DNA from: Minisyncoccia bacterium | Lineage (GTDB): Bacteria > Patescibacteriota > Minisyncoccia > UBA6257 > 2-01-FULL-56-20 | Length of the DNA stretch: 64,000 nucleotides | Assembly: GCA_050008535.1 (NCBI GenBank) | Contig: JBEKML010000002.1 | Span: 24,732 to 88,731 of the forward strand | Direction: 5' to 3' | Shown: piece by piece, positions 49,180 through 60,809 of the stretch | Numbering within the stretch: the first letter of the stretch is position 1 | How the letters are laid out: every line of letters begins with the position of its first letter | Position numbers and translations under genes: made by a program | The notes under the pieces: model-generated | The model's input: only the letters and a program-made list of their open reading frames with translations | Databases searched by the model: none | Told to the model about the DNA's origin: nothing

Positions 49180-49254
49180 GCCGGAGTAGCTCAATGGCAG
49201 AGCAATGCTTTCGTAAAGCAGAGGTTGGAGGTTCGACTCCTCTCTCCGGCTCCA
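49180..49254 (+). tRNA. tRNA-Thr(CGT)
   Basis: Anticodon loop TTCGTAA; encoded CCA. Confidence 0.94.
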
Positions 49255-49268
49255 CTATAATGAAGATA

Positions 49269-49622
49269 ATGCGAGGAAGAGATGTTTCGAGCGGTAGTCT
49301 TTTTGGCGAATCGGGGCCGGGAGAAGGAGGCCCTTTGGCGCCAGGGTACCACTTCAACGAGGGGGGAGAAATAATTGATGATAAGGGGGATGTCTATAAC
49401 GGTGACTATACGCTGAAGCGCAAGGCGCTCGATCCGTATTTCGAAAAGGCGCTTAACTCGGTTCGCGAGAATCTTCAGAACGAAGGAAGAAATGAGCCGG
49501 AAGAATTTGTGAGACAACTTGCCCGCATAGAAGCGGCGCAAGCGAGGGCGGAAGATAAGAGAAAAGAAAAGGAACAGAAACGCGCGGAAAGGGCAAGAGC
49601 GCGGGAAGCGAAGCAGAATTAA
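49269..49622 (+). CDS. Hypothetical protein with a charged coiled-coil C-terminus
   Basis: ORF between the tRNA and prfB; TATAAT 7 nt before the ATG; alternative start at 49260. Confidence 0.6.
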   Translation: MRGRDVSSGSLFGESGPGEGGPLAPGYHFNEGGEIIDDKGDVYNGDYTLKRKALDPYFEKALNSVRENLQNEGRNEPEEFVRQLARIEAAQARAEDKRKEKEQKRAERARAREAKQN

Positions 49623-49630
49623 AGATAACC

Positions 49631-50702
49631 ATGAAAGAAATCGAGAACCTTGAAGCATTGCAGTCCGAAGCCCGCCGGCTGGGCGGGCGTCTTTGACCTT
49701 GCGGCAAAAGAAAAAAGAATAGGGGAGTTGGAGGCGGAGATGGCGTCCACAGTGTTTTGGAAAAATCGCGAGGCGGCGGATGAAAAGATCCGCGAACTCG
49801 GCATTCTCAATGACGTCGTAAAACGCTACCGTGAAATTGAGAGCGGCATCGCCGCGCTTGAACGCGGACGCACGGCGGGCGCGGGCGCCGACTCCGGTGC
49901 CGCCGGCAATCTTGACGAAGGAACATTCTACGAGCTTAAAAAGAAATTCAGGGACTTTGAACTGAAGCAGCTTTTCACGGGACGGTACGATGCGCAAGCG
50001 GCGGTGCTTTCTATCTATCCGGGCGCGGGCGGCGAGGATGCGGAAGATTGGGCGCGGATGCTCGGCCTCATGTATGAAAATTACGCGAAGCGGCGCGGAT
50101 GGAAAATACGGGTGGTCGACGACAATATCCGTTCGCGCACGATCGAAATAAAAGGGGAGCATGCCTATGGGTATCTAAAAAAAGAATCCGGCGTGCACCG
50201 GCTCGTGCGCATCTCCCCGTTCTCGCCGAAAAAACTGCGGCATACTTCATTCGCGCTTATTGAAGTAGTTCCCGACCTGCCGCCGCTTGAAGAGTCAAAA
50301 TTGCAGATCCCCGAAAAGGACCTGAAAGTTGAATTTTATCGTTCGGGCGGTCCCGGCGGACAGAACGTGAACAAGGTGGAAACGGCCGTGCGCGTGGTGC
50401 ATGTGCCGACCGGACTCGCCGTGAGCTCGCAGGCGCAGCGGTCACAGGCCCAGAACCGCGAATATGCGCTGAAACTTCTGAAAGCGAAACTTTTCCACCT
50501 CATGGAAAAAGAAAAAGTGAGCGAGATCAGCGCCCTGCGTGTGAAGGTGAAGCCGGAATGGGGGAACCAGATCCGTTCCTACGTATTAAACCCCTATCAA
50601 TTGGTAAAAGACCACCGCACCGAAGTAGAAACAGCGAAGGTAGAAGGTGTTTTGGCGGGCGATCTGGACCTTTTCATTGAAGCGGAACTGGAAATGTTAT
50701 AG
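49631..50702 (+). CDS. prfB: Peptide chain release factor 2 with a programmed +1 frameshift
   Basis: 20 codons, then CTT TGA C at 49691-49697; SPF and GGQ motifs in the +1 frame. Confidence 0.96.
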
Positions 50703-50725
50703 AATATGAACAAAAGGCAAATTTC

Positions 50726-51415
50726 ATGATCGTTTTTCAGGGAGTTTCAAAACATTATGGCAACGGGATGCCAAGCGTTGCGCTTGAAGATGTGACGTTC
50801 CAGGTTGATCCCGGGGAGTTTGTGTCCCTCGCGGGGAGATCGGGCGCGGGGAAATCAACCGTCATCAAGCTTCTGATCGGCGAGGAAAAACCTTCCAAGG
50901 GACGGGTGTTTTTCGGCCAATACGAGGTGAACAAGCTTGAAGACAAGGATTTGCCTGCTTTCCGCCGGCACATCGGCGTGGTATTCCAGGATTTCCGGCT
51001 TCTCCCTATGAAAAACGCTTACGAGAACGTAGCATTCGCGCTTGAAGTGGCGGGGCGGCCCCAGCGGGAGATCGCGGAACTCGTTCCCCAAGTTCTGGAT
51101 ATGGTCGGCTTAGGCGATAAAATGAAGAATTTCCCAAGCGAGCTTTCAGGCGGCGAACGGCAACGGGTTGCGATCGCGCGCGCGATGGTCCATCGGCCGG
51201 AGGTTGTGATCGCGGATGAGCCGACGGGCAACCTTGATCCGTTCCATACATTCGAGATCGTAAAGCTTTTGGAGAAGATCAATCAGCTGGGCACGACCGT
51301 TGTCCTTGCGACGCACGACAAGGAAGTAATCAACAGTTTGGAACGGCGGGTGATCACGCTGGACCGCGGCAGGGTCATCCGCGACGAGGCAAAAGGAAAG
51401 TATGTTTTAATATAA
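50726..51415 (+). CDS. ftsE: Cell division ATP-binding protein FtsE
   Basis: Walker [24 protein letters not shown]. Confidence 0.95.
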   Translation: MIVFQGVSKHYGNGMPSVALEDVTFQVDPGEFVSLAGRSGAGKSTVIKLLIGEEKPSKGRVFFGQYEVNKLEDKDLPAFRRHIGVVFQDFRLLPMKNAYENVAFALEVAGRPQREIAELVPQVLDMVGLGDKMKNFPSELSGGERQRVAIARAMVHRPEVVIADEPTGNLDPFHTFEIVKLLEKINQLGTTVVLATHDKEVINSLERRVITLDRGRVIRDEAKGKYVLI

Positions 51416-51417
51416 CC

Positions 51418-52329
51418 ATGTTCACCGTTGTCTCGCGCATTTTCCAATTTGGGTTCAAGAATTTCTGGCGGAACGGCTGGCTTTCCACGGCGACCGTGGC
51501 GATCATGACGCTTGCGCTCCTTGTGTTCGTGTCGCTCATCATGTTCGGGGTGGTCACTGACCGGGCGGCGGCCTCCATCCAGGATAAGATAGACATCAGC
51601 GCCTATTTCAGCACGAACACTTCCGAAGACCAGATTTTGAATATCAAGCAGTCGCTTGAAGGATTGCCCGAGGTGCAGAGCGTGCAATACATTTCCCGCG
51701 ACCAGGCGCTCGAGATCTTCAAACAGAACCACGCGAACGATCCGACGGTGAGCCAGGCGATCAACGAATTGAACACGAATCCTCTTGAAGCGTCGCTCAA
51801 TGTCAAGGCAAAAGACCCGAGCCAGTATGCGGCGATCGCCCAACACTTGAGTTCGCCGGACATCGCGCAATATCTTGATGGGCAGCCGAGCTATTACGAC
51901 AATCAGAGCGTCATTGACCGCCTGGCAAAGATCGTGAAAGGGGTGGAAACCGGCGGCTTGGTCGTCACCTTCTTTCTTGCGCTCATCGCCGGACTTGTTG
52001 TTTTCAATACCGTCCGCCTTGCGATCTATTCCAACCGCGACGAGATCGGGGTCATGCGCGTCGTCGGCGCTTCCAATAGTTTGGTGCGGGGACCGTACGT
52101 GGTGGAAGGCATGATCTGCGGCACGATCGCGGCCGTGATCAGTTTGATCATCGCGGCGCCGGTGCTCTATGTCGTTTCGCCTTATCTCAATATTTTCATC
52201 CCCAACCTCAACATTTTTGAATATTTCTCCGCGCACATTGTCCGCCTGTTCGTTTACGAGCTGCTCTTCGGGATAATAATCGGTGCTTTCTCGGGTTTCA
52301 TTGCCGTGAAGCGGTACCTGAAGAACTAA
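51418..52329 (+). CDS. ftsX: Cell division permease FtsX
   Basis: NTVRLAIYSNRDEIGVMRVVGAS; adjacent to ftsE. Confidence 0.94.
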   Translation: MFTVVSRIFQFGFKNFWRNGWLSTATVAIMTLALLVFVSLIMFGVVTDRAAASIQDKIDISAYFSTNTSEDQILNIKQSLEGLPEVQSVQYISRDQALEIFKQNHANDPTVSQAINELNTNPLEASLNVKAKDPSQYAAIAQHLSSPDIAQYLDGQPSYYDNQSVIDRLAKIVKGVETGGLVVTFFLALIAGLVVFNTVRLAIYSNRDEIGVMRVVGASNSLVRGPYVVEGMICGTIAAVISLIIAAPVLYVVSPYLNIFIPNLNIFEYFSAHIVRLFVYELLFGIIIGAFSGFIAVKRYLKN

Positions 52330-52332
52330 AGG

Positions 52333-52875
52333 CTAAAACCGCATATCGTACCAATCCAATCCGTAGATTTCTTGGATGAGGATTCTCTCGCCCTTGGCCC
52401 ACGTCCGATTTTTTTCTAGGCCGAGCAGTGTCACGCCCTCTTTTACGTGTTCTTCGCTTTTGCCCTCTATTTCCAAATACGGTGGCATTTTGGGGTAGAG
52501 GTCTATTTCAAAGACCCAATCTTTCAGCGCGAACGACGTTCGTTCTTTGTCCTGGTGCGCATATTTTTCAAGTCCGATCATCAAAAAAAGATCGGCTAGT
52601 TTCTCCGGCTCTGCGACCGTAAAATTTATTTCCTTATGCGTCCGTGCGGTGCCCAGGATGTCCGACTTTCCCTTCCACGTGACCTCATGTTTTCCGGCGC
52701 TATTGGAACGGATGCGCAAAAACCATGGATCTTTTCCCTCCTTCACTCCTATCGTCCGATACCAATCCACCCGCAAAACGGTTTCCTGTGTTTTTTGGGC
52801 CCCAAGCGCCGCGAGTTTTTCCTTTACCGCATCGGCGTCGATGTCCAGAACTGTCGTTTCGGTTTCGTGTGCCAT
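52333..52875 (-). CDS. CYTH/triphosphate tunnel family protein 1
   Basis: Degenerate ExExT, LRIR, K-x-R, YLEIEG. Confidence 0.85.
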   Translation of the reverse strand: MAHETETTVLDIDADAVKEKLAALGAQKTQETVLRVDWYRTIGVKEGKDPWFLRIRSNSAGKHEVTWKGKSDILGTARTHKEINFTVAEPEKLADLFLMIGLEKYAHQDKERTSFALKDWVFEIDLYPKMPPYLEIEGKSEEHVKEGVTLLGLEKNRTWAKGERILIQEIYGLDWYDMRF

Positions 52876-52953
52876 TTCGTCTTGTGTTGCTATTTTAACA
52901 AGTTTATACTTGAAGTAAAATCTTTACTTTTGCGGTCGGTATATAATAAATCC

Positions 52954-53469
52954 ATGGAGGAAATTGAATTGACGTATCTTGCGCGGGCGCTGCCTCCGGG
53001 CATTCTAAGTGCTCCGCGCAAAGAAATGCTTGATATTTATATTCCCGCGTCGGCGGAGCATCCTGATCTGCGGATACGGAGGGTCGGCGAAAAGTGCGAG
53101 ATCACCAAAAAGCGGCCGATCAAAGATGGGGATGCCTCCCATCAAATGGAAAACACCATTCCGCTCACGAAAGAAGAATACGAAGAGATGAGCCAGCTGA
53201 AAGGGAAGCGGACCAGAAAAACCCGCTACTATTACGAAGAAGGCGGAGCGCGGTATGAAGTTGATATATTTCGGGACGATCTTGCAGGGCTTGTGCTTGT
53301 TGATATTGAATTTGATTCACTGGAAAAGAAAAAGAGTTTTCATCCGCCAGCATGGTGCCTTGCGGAGGTGACGCAGGAGAAATTCCTTGCGGGCGGGATG
53401 GTTTGCGGGAAGCGGTATGCGGACATTGAGCCGCAGCTCGCCAAGTTCAACTATAAAAAGATCCTGTGA
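52954..53469 (+). CDS. CYTH family protein 2
   Basis: EIELTY, LRIRR, KTRY, EVDIF...LVDIEF. Confidence 0.82.
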   Translation: MEEIELTYLARALPPGILSAPRKEMLDIYIPASAEHPDLRIRRVGEKCEITKKRPIKDGDASHQMENTIPLTKEEYEEMSQLKGKRTRKTRYYYEEGGARYEVDIFRDDLAGLVLVDIEFDSLEKKKSFHPPAWCLAEVTQEKFLAGGMVCGKRYADIEPQLAKFNYKKIL

Positions 53470-53624
53470 AAAATTACGCAAAGGTAGGCAACCGCGCCGG
53501 ACGGCCCGCGTACCGCACCGCCTCGCAATTTCGATACAAGAAACAGGCAACCGTTTTAAAAACCAAAGCGGCAGAACGTAAACGGTTCAAACCCGGCCGC
53601 GGATGAATTTGATATACTCAACGG

Positions 53625-54215
53625 ATGAATATTGAATACGAAGCGAAGTTCTTAGACGTTGACAAGGATGAAATCAGGGGGCGTCTAAGGAATGCGGGAG
53701 CTGACCTCGTGCGGCCTGAATACCTGCAAAAAAGAATCCCGTTTCATCTTCCTAAAAACAAACGCTCAAAAGACGCCTGGCTTCGCGTTCGAGACGAGGG
53801 TGACAAAATAACCCTAAGCCTGAAAGTAGTAGACGGCGAAAAGATAGAAAACCAAAAGGAAATTTGCCTTAATGTCAGCAGTTTTGACGACGCCGTAAAA
53901 CTACTTGAAGCTATCGGTTGTGAACCGAAATCGTATCAGGAAACAAAGCGAGAGCTGTGGAAACTTGACGGAGTTGATATTACTATCGACGAATGGCCTT
54001 TTCTTGAGCCGTTCGTTGAAGTTGAAGGCTCGTCGGAGGAAGTAGTGAAAAGAGTTTCAGAAAAGATCGGATTCAATTATACTGACGCTCTCTTCTGCGC
54101 TGTCGGCAAGCTGTATCAAATGAAATACCATATTCATCCGGACGAAATAAACACTGCGTCAAAAATAGTTTTTGATATGGAAAATCCGTTTAGACGGCCT
54201 TCGGCCGGGTTCTAA
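53625..54215 (+). CDS. CYTH family protein 3 (CyaB-like)
   Basis: EYEAK, WLRVR, KRE, IDEWP, FVEVEG. Confidence 0.88.
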   Translation: MNIEYEAKFLDVDKDEIRGRLRNAGADLVRPEYLQKRIPFHLPKNKRSKDAWLRVRDEGDKITLSLKVVDGEKIENQKEICLNVSSFDDAVKLLEAIGCEPKSYQETKRELWKLDGVDITIDEWPFLEPFVEVEGSSEEVVKRVSEKIGFNYTDALFCAVGKLYQMKYHIHPDEINTASKIVFDMENPFRRPSAGF

Positions 54216-54261
54216 CGTTATCCATACCCGAAAAGGCAATTTCGTGTTATTATCTCCTCGT

Positions 54262-55020
54262 ATGCCGCAAATTTCCCTTCGCGCGGAAGAGATTTTTCAC
54301 ATCGGGAGCTTCCCGGTGACGAACGCAGTCCTTTTATCCACGATCGTACTGGTACTCCTTGCGGTGTTCGCCGTAGCGCTGCGGCGGAAACTTTCCTTCA
54401 TACCGGGCATGGTCCAGAACGTGATGGAGCTTATTATAGAGGGGGCGCTCTCGCTCATGGACTCGGTGCTTGGCAACCGGAAAACCTCCGAAAAATATAT
54501 GCCGATCGTTTTTACGGTATTCCTTTTCGTCCTGTGCTCCAATTGGCTCGGCCTGTTCCCGGGCGTGAGTTCGGTCGTAGTGCGTGAGGGAGCGGAAAGC
54601 GTGCCGCTCCTGCGCTCTCCCGCGAGCGACCTGAACTTCACCTTGGCGCTCGCCTTGATCGTGGTCACCTTCGTGAATGCGTTCGGCGTGGCGGCGGTCG
54701 GCCTGCGGAAGCGCCTCTCGGTATTCTTCAATTTCAAGGGGCCGATAGATTTTTTCATCGGCATCCTTGAACTTATCTCGGAATTTGCTAAAATTATCTC
54801 GTTCTCGTTCCGTCTCTTCGGGAACGTATTCGCGGGCGAGGTGCTCCTGGCCATCATGTCGTTCCTCGTGCCATACCTCGTGCCGCTCCCTTTTATGTTC
54901 CTGGAAATCTTCGTGGGGTTCATTCAGGCATTCATCTTCGGGATGCTCACGCTGGTCTTCGTCGCTATGGCGGTGGCCGAGCATGGCCACGAGGAAATAG
55001 AAACAGCAAAGGTCGGTTAA
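54262..55020 (+). CDS. atpB: ATP synthase Fo subunit a
   Basis: SFSFRLFGNVFAGE, FIQAFIF. Confidence 0.97.
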   Translation: MPQISLRAEEIFHIGSFPVTNAVLLSTIVLVLLAVFAVALRRKLSFIPGMVQNVMELIIEGALSLMDSVLGNRKTSEKYMPIVFTVFLFVLCSNWLGLFPGVSSVVVREGAESVPLLRSPASDLNFTLALALIVVTFVNAFGVAAVGLRKRLSVFFNFKGPIDFFIGILELISEFAKIISFSFRLFGNVFAGEVLLAIMSFLVPYLVPLPFMFLEIFVGFIQAFIFGMLTLVFVAMAVAEHGHEEIETAKVG

Positions 55021-55047
55021 ATCTTTATTAAAAACACATTAAAAGAA

Positions 55048-55278
55048 ATGGATATCAATAGCATTCGGTTACTCGCTACGTTCGGCGCCATCGGCATGGG
55101 CACCGTGGTCCCCGCGCTTGCGATCGGTTTGATCGGTGCGAAGGCGGTGGAAGCGATCGGGCGGAATCCCGAGGCGGCTTCCAAGGTGCAGACGATGGCA
55201 ATTTTGGCCATCGCTTTCGCGGAAGCCATCGCGATCTACGCGCTCGTCATCGCGCTCATCATTAAATTCGTACAATAA
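55048..55278 (+). CDS. atpE: ATP synthase Fo subunit c
   Basis: GRNPEA, FAEAIAIY. Confidence 0.97.
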   Translation: MDINSIRLLATFGAIGMGTVVPALAIGLIGAKAVEAIGRNPEAASKVQTMAILAIAFAEAIAIYALVIALIIKFVQ

Positions 55279-55289
55279 ATTATTGAGTC

Positions 55290-55793
55290 ATGCAGCAGCT
55301 TTTCGATCAATTGGGCATAGATTGGCACCTGCTTTTGAGCCAGGCGGTCAATTTTTTCTTGCTGCTCGTTGTGCTGCGGATTTTCGTGTATAAACCGCTC
55401 TTGAAGCTTTTGCATGACCGGCGCAGGAGGATTGAAGAGGGACTCGTGAAGGCCGACGAGGCGGACAAACGCCTTCTTGAGGTTGAAGAGATCGGGAAGG
55501 GGAAGATAAAAGAAGCGGAAATGCAGGCGGTGGGTATTCTAAGGAAGACCGAGGGCGACGCGAAGGAGCTTGAGGCGCGGCTGCTCGCGGAGGCGAAACG
55601 GAAGGAGGCGGAGGAACTTGCGAACGCTGCGGTAAGGCTCAAGGCGCAGGAAGCGGACTCGCGGCGGGCAACAGAGAAGGAAGCGGCCGCGATGGTGAAG
55701 CGGGCGATTGCAAAAACGGTAGAGCTTTCGCCGGAAAAAATAGACGACGCCCTGATCGCGAAAGCGGTGAAGGAGGCGGGACAAAGCGCATGA
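55290..55793 (+). CDS. atpF: ATP synthase Fo subunit b
   Basis: QAVNF...YKPL...RRRRI. Confidence 0.93.
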   Translation: MQQLFDQLGIDWHLLLSQAVNFFLLLVVLRIFVYKPLLKLLHDRRRRIEEGLVKADEADKRLLEVEEIGKGKIKEAEMQAVGILRKTEGDAKELEARLLAEAKRKEAEELANAAVRLKAQEADSRRATEKEAAAMVKRAIAKTVELSPEKIDDALIAKAVKEAGQSA

Positions 55794-56176
55794 AGTATCC
55801 AGCGCACATATATGCAAAAGCGCTTGCGGAAGCGATTACGGCGCCCGGAGCGGGCGGCGACGTCATCGCAAAGAACTTTCAGGCGCTCCTTCTGCGGAAC
55901 GGGGACGAAGCTCATGCGCGGAAGATCGTGGAGGAAGCGGCGCGGTTCGTCCGCGGGAAGCACGGAATACGGAAGGTAACGATCGAATCGGCGCGGAAAC
56001 TCGGTGCGGCGCAGCGCAAGATCGTCGCCGTGCTCACGAAGCCGGGCGACATCGTTGAATCGCGGATCGACCCGGAGCTCGTGGCGGGGATCCGGCTCAT
56101 CGTGAACGACGAACTGCAGTTTGATGGATCACTTAAGGGGAAGCTGGACAAGATTTTTGAAATATCTCATCTCTAA
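55790..56176 (+). CDS. atpH: ATP synthase F1 delta subunit (short)
   Basis: [21 protein letters not shown]; synteny. Confidence 0.9.
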   Translation: MKYPAHIYAKALAEAITAPGAGGDVIAKNFQALLLRNGDEAHARKIVEEAARFVRGKHGIRKVTIESARKLGAAQRKIVAVLTKPGDIVESRIDPELVAGIRLIVNDELQFDGSLKGKLDKIFEISHL

Positions 56177-57702
56177 TGGCATATGAAATCATAGAAAAAT
56201 TAAAAAGGGAGATCGAAGGATACAAAGAAAAGCCCGAATGGGCCGAGGTCGGCCGCGTGCTTGAAGTGGGCGACGGCATCGTGAAGATCACCGGCTTGCG
56301 GAACGCCGTGAGCCAGGAAATTTTGACGATCGAGACGCCGAAAGGCGCCCGCGCGGCGCTGGCGTTGAGCCTTGAAGAAGAATCCATAGGCGCTTTGGTC
56401 CTTGACGATTATTTGGCGATAGAGGTCGGCAATACCGTGAAGCGTACGGGCAAAGTGCTTTCGCTGCCGGTGGGCGAGGAGCTTATCGGCCGTGTCGTTG
56501 ACCCCTTGGGCAATCCGCTGGACGGCAAGGGCCCCATTTTCAAAACCGGCGTGGAGCCGCAACGGAATCCGTTGGAAGCCAAGGCGCCCTCCGTTTTGGA
56601 GCGCGAATCGGTGAATACGCCTTTACACACCGGCCTCAAGGCCATTGATTCCATGATTCCGATTGGCCGCGGCCAGCGCGAACTTATCATCGGCGACCGA
56701 CAGACCGGGAAGACCGCGGTGGCCCTGGACGCCATTTTAAATCAATTGAACGACGGCGGCCGGCGGACGCCTGTCTGTATTTATGTTGCGATCGGGCAGA
56801 AGGAATCCAAGATCGTAAGGATCGCGGAGACGCTCAAAAAGTTTGACGCATTGAAATACAGCATCATTGTTTCGGCATCCGCATCGTCCCCGGCGGCCTT
56901 GTGGTACTTGGCGCCGTATGCCGGCTGCGCGATCGGTGAATATTTCCGCGACAAAGGCAAGGATGCGCTTGTGATCTACGACGATCTTTCGAAGCACGCA
57001 TGGGCTTACCGGCAGATCTCGCTTTTGCTCCGGCGCCCGCCGGGCCGCGAGGCATATCCGGGCGACATTTTCTATCTGCACTCGCGTTTGCTTGAACGCG
57101 CCGCAAAGCTTTCCAAAGAAAAAGGCGGCGGATCCCTGACTGCGCTCCCGATCGTGGAAACGCAGCTCGGCGACGTTACGGCCTATATTCCGACGAACAT
57201 CATCTCCATCACGGACGGGCAGATCTATCTGGAAAGCGACTTGTTCTACCAGGGCCTGCGTCCGGCATTGAACGTCGGTATTTCCGTGTCGCGCGTGGGT
57301 TCCGCCGCACAGACGAAGGCGATGAAAAAAGTGGCAGGCAAGCTGCGCCTTGCGCACGCGCAGTTCCGCGAGCTGCAGGCATTCGTCCAGTTCGCGACGG
57401 ACGTTGACGAAACGACGAAGAAGCGCATCGCGCAGGGGCAGAAGATCAACGAGGTCCTGAAGCAGGACGACCTCGCGCCGCTGCCGGTGGAAAAACAGGT
57501 CTGCATCTTCTACGCGGTCCTTAATAATTATTTTGAAAGCGTGGAAGTGGCCGACATCAAAAAGACCGAGGCCGGGCTTTTGGAATATCTGGGGCGGCTC
57601 CACGAGAAAGATATCCTTGCGCCCATCCGCGAGACGGGGGAGTTCACAGAGGCGGTGGAAAATAAACTAAAAGAGGCCGTCGCCCGATTTTTGGAGAAAT
57701 AA
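56176..57702 (+). CDS. atpA: ATP synthase F1 alpha subunit
   Basis: [18 protein letters not shown]. Confidence 0.99.
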   Translation: MAYEIIEKLKREIEGYKEKPEWAEVGRVLEVGDGIVKITGLRNAVSQEILTIETPKGARAALALSLEEESIGALVLDDYLAIEVGNTVKRTGKVLSLPVGEELIGRVVDPLGNPLDGKGPIFKTGVEPQRNPLEAKAPSVLERESVNTPLHTGLKAIDSMIPIGRGQRELIIGDRQTGKTAVALDAILNQLNDGGRRTPVCIYVAIGQKESKIVRIAETLKKFDALKYSIIVSASASSPAALWYLAPYAGCAIGEYFRDKGKDALVIYDDLSKHAWAYRQISLLLRRPPGREAYPGDIFYLHSRLLERAAKLSKEKGGGSLTALPIVETQLGDVTAYIPTNIISITDGQIYLESDLFYQGLRPALNVGISVSRVGSAAQTKAMKKVAGKLRLAHAQFRELQAFVQFATDVDETTKKRIAQGQKINEVLKQDDLAPLPVEKQVCIFYAVLNNYFESVEVADIKKTEAGLLEYLGRLHEKDILAPIRETGEFTEAVENKLKEAVARFLEK

Positions 57703-57713
57703 AATGAAATAGC

Positions 57714-58649
57714 ATGGAATCCGCGCAAAATCTCAGGCGACGCATAAAGAGCGTCCAAAATATCGGGCAGATCACAAAGGCGATGGAGCTCGTGGCGGCC
57801 ACAAAGATGCGCCGCGCGCAGGAATCCGCGCTCACTTCGCGGCCGTATTCCTATACCGCGCTTGAACTTTTGGGGATCCTCTCCGATCTGAAAGAGGTGC
57901 CGCTTCCGGAAATTTTGCGTGCGCGGCCCGTCACGAAAAAACTGTTCCTCCTCATGACCTCCGATAAAGGCCTTGCGGGTTCATTCAACAGTGCGGTGAT
58001 CCGCAAATTCGAACAGTATGTGAAAGAGGAACATCTTGACATGCAAGACCCGCGCTATTCGTTCATCGCGGTCGGCCAGAAGGCCAAGAATTATCTTGAA
58101 CGGCGGAAGCTTCCGGTCGTTGCGGCTTTCACGCGCGTTGGCGACTTTATGAAGCCGGCGGAGGCGGAACCTATCGCGAATTTTCTGATCAACGGCTACA
58201 CGAAGCACGAATTTGACGGCGCGGTCGCGTTCTTCACCACGTTCGTCACTGCCCTGCGGCAGGACGCCGTTGCGCGCGAATTTTTGCCGGTGAACTACGA
58301 GATGATCAAGCGTTCCATTGAAGACACCATCCCGCGCGCCGGCCGCTATTCCAATTATGCGAAGGCGGAGTCGTTCTTTGAAACGCGCGAGCGGGATTAT
58401 TTGATAGAACCCTCGCCCGCGGAAGTGCTTGCGGAACTCGCGCCCACGCTTTTGAAGACCCGCATCTATCACATGATCCTTGAGGCGAACGCATCGGAGC
58501 ACTCCGCGCGCCGCGTGGCCATGAAGAACGCTTCGGAGAATGCAAGCGACCTTTCGGGGAATTTGAATATGGAATATAATAAGTCGCGCCAGGCGGCGAT
58601 CACGCGTGAGCTGATCGAGGTCACATCGGGTGCGCAGGCGCTCAATTAA
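57714..58649 (+). CDS. atpG: ATP synthase F1 gamma subunit
   Basis: ITKAMELVA, SDKGLAG, RQAAITREL. Confidence 0.98.
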   Translation: MESAQNLRRRIKSVQNIGQITKAMELVAATKMRRAQESALTSRPYSYTALELLGILSDLKEVPLPEILRARPVTKKLFLLMTSDKGLAGSFNSAVIRKFEQYVKEEHLDMQDPRYSFIAVGQKAKNYLERRKLPVVAAFTRVGDFMKPAEAEPIANFLINGYTKHEFDGAVAFFTTFVTALRQDAVAREFLPVNYEMIKRSIEDTIPRAGRYSNYAKAESFFETRERDYLIEPSPAEVLAELAPTLLKTRIYHMILEANASEHSARRVAMKNASENASDLSGNLNMEYNKSRQAAITRELIEVTSGAQALN

Positions 58650-58652
58650 TAA

Positions 58653-60041
<1,389 letters not shown>

Positions 60042-60052
60042 TTTTCACTCAC

Positions 60053-60304
60053 ATGACCCTCGGCGTTTACTCATTGCAAAAAGTGCTCTACCAGGGCGAA
60101 GCGTCCCTGGTGAATTGCGCGACAAGGAACGGCGAGATCACGATCCTTGATCATCACCGGCCGCTTATTTCCGTTCTCGCGCGCGGCACGATGAAAATCG
60201 TTGACAAAGAGCAAAAAGAACATTATATTCCGGTAAGCTCCGGGTTTTTAGAAGTGCGGAGCGGGAACGAAGCAAGATTTCTTGTTGAGGAGGAAAAAGC
60301 TTGA
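60053..60304 (+). CDS. atpC: ATP synthase epsilon subunit (beta-sandwich only)
   Basis: GEITILDHH, SGFLEV; 83 aa. Confidence 0.9.
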   Translation: MTLGVYSLQKVLYQGEASLVNCATRNGEITILDHHRPLISVLARGTMKIVDKEQKEHYIPVSSGFLEVRSGNEARFLVEEEKA

Positions 60305-60324
60305 CGGCAACTTTAGTTTCGAGC

Positions 60325-60735
60325 ATGACAAAGATTCTGGATTTCCGATCGCCGCAAGAGCATTACCACAACCAAGAAGCATTCCTCTGGTGCCCCGATC
60401 AGCGGTTCGAGGATGTCCGGCATGCATTTGCGAAAGCAGGCAACTTTACCAAGCCGGATCCCATTCTCATACCGGGCGGGGTGAAAGCGCTCGTTGCGCC
60501 GAAGGATCCCCGCGACCGGGAGTTCATCCTGGAACAGATAGAGGTCCTCATGGGGCACGGTTTTACCACGCTCTACGCCATGGCGCACATGAACTGCGCC
60601 GCATGCGGCGGGAACACCGACCGGGCGTTCTACGAAGAGATGCTCAAAACCGCGGGCGAGATCATCCGCGCTCGCATCCCGAACCTCAACGTGCGGCTCA
60701 TCTTCGCCGACTACGACGGGTTATACGAGGTGTAA
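60325..60735 (+). CDS. Beta-carbonic anhydrase-like protein
   Basis: C-P-D-Q-R, PGG and H-M-N-C zinc-ligand pattern. Confidence 0.75.
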   Translation: MTKILDFRSPQEHYHNQEAFLWCPDQRFEDVRHAFAKAGNFTKPDPILIPGGVKALVAPKDPRDREFILEQIEVLMGHGFTTLYAMAHMNCAACGGNTDRAFYEEMLKTAGEIIRARIPNLNVRLIFADYDGLYEV

Positions 60736-60809
60736 GCAATCACTGCAATTATCGTTCACAGGTTGGGGAAATTTTCCCAACCTGTTTCGTTTTTCGGTAT
60801 ACTATAACT

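Noticed and set aside
41257-49254. Genomic island bounded by tRNA-Thr att repeats
   Set aside because: Both copies are full tRNAs, the interval contains rpmG and tRNA-Trp, and there is no integrase.
49650-50702. ORF-track start for RF2 (MKHCSPK...)
   Set aside because: An artefact of the programmed frameshift; the real start is ATG 49631.
53470-53610. c-di-GMP-like riboswitch between CYTH genes (ACGCAAAG)
   Set aside because: The upstream GGCAAAC/GAAA stem is absent, and the next gene appears leaderless.
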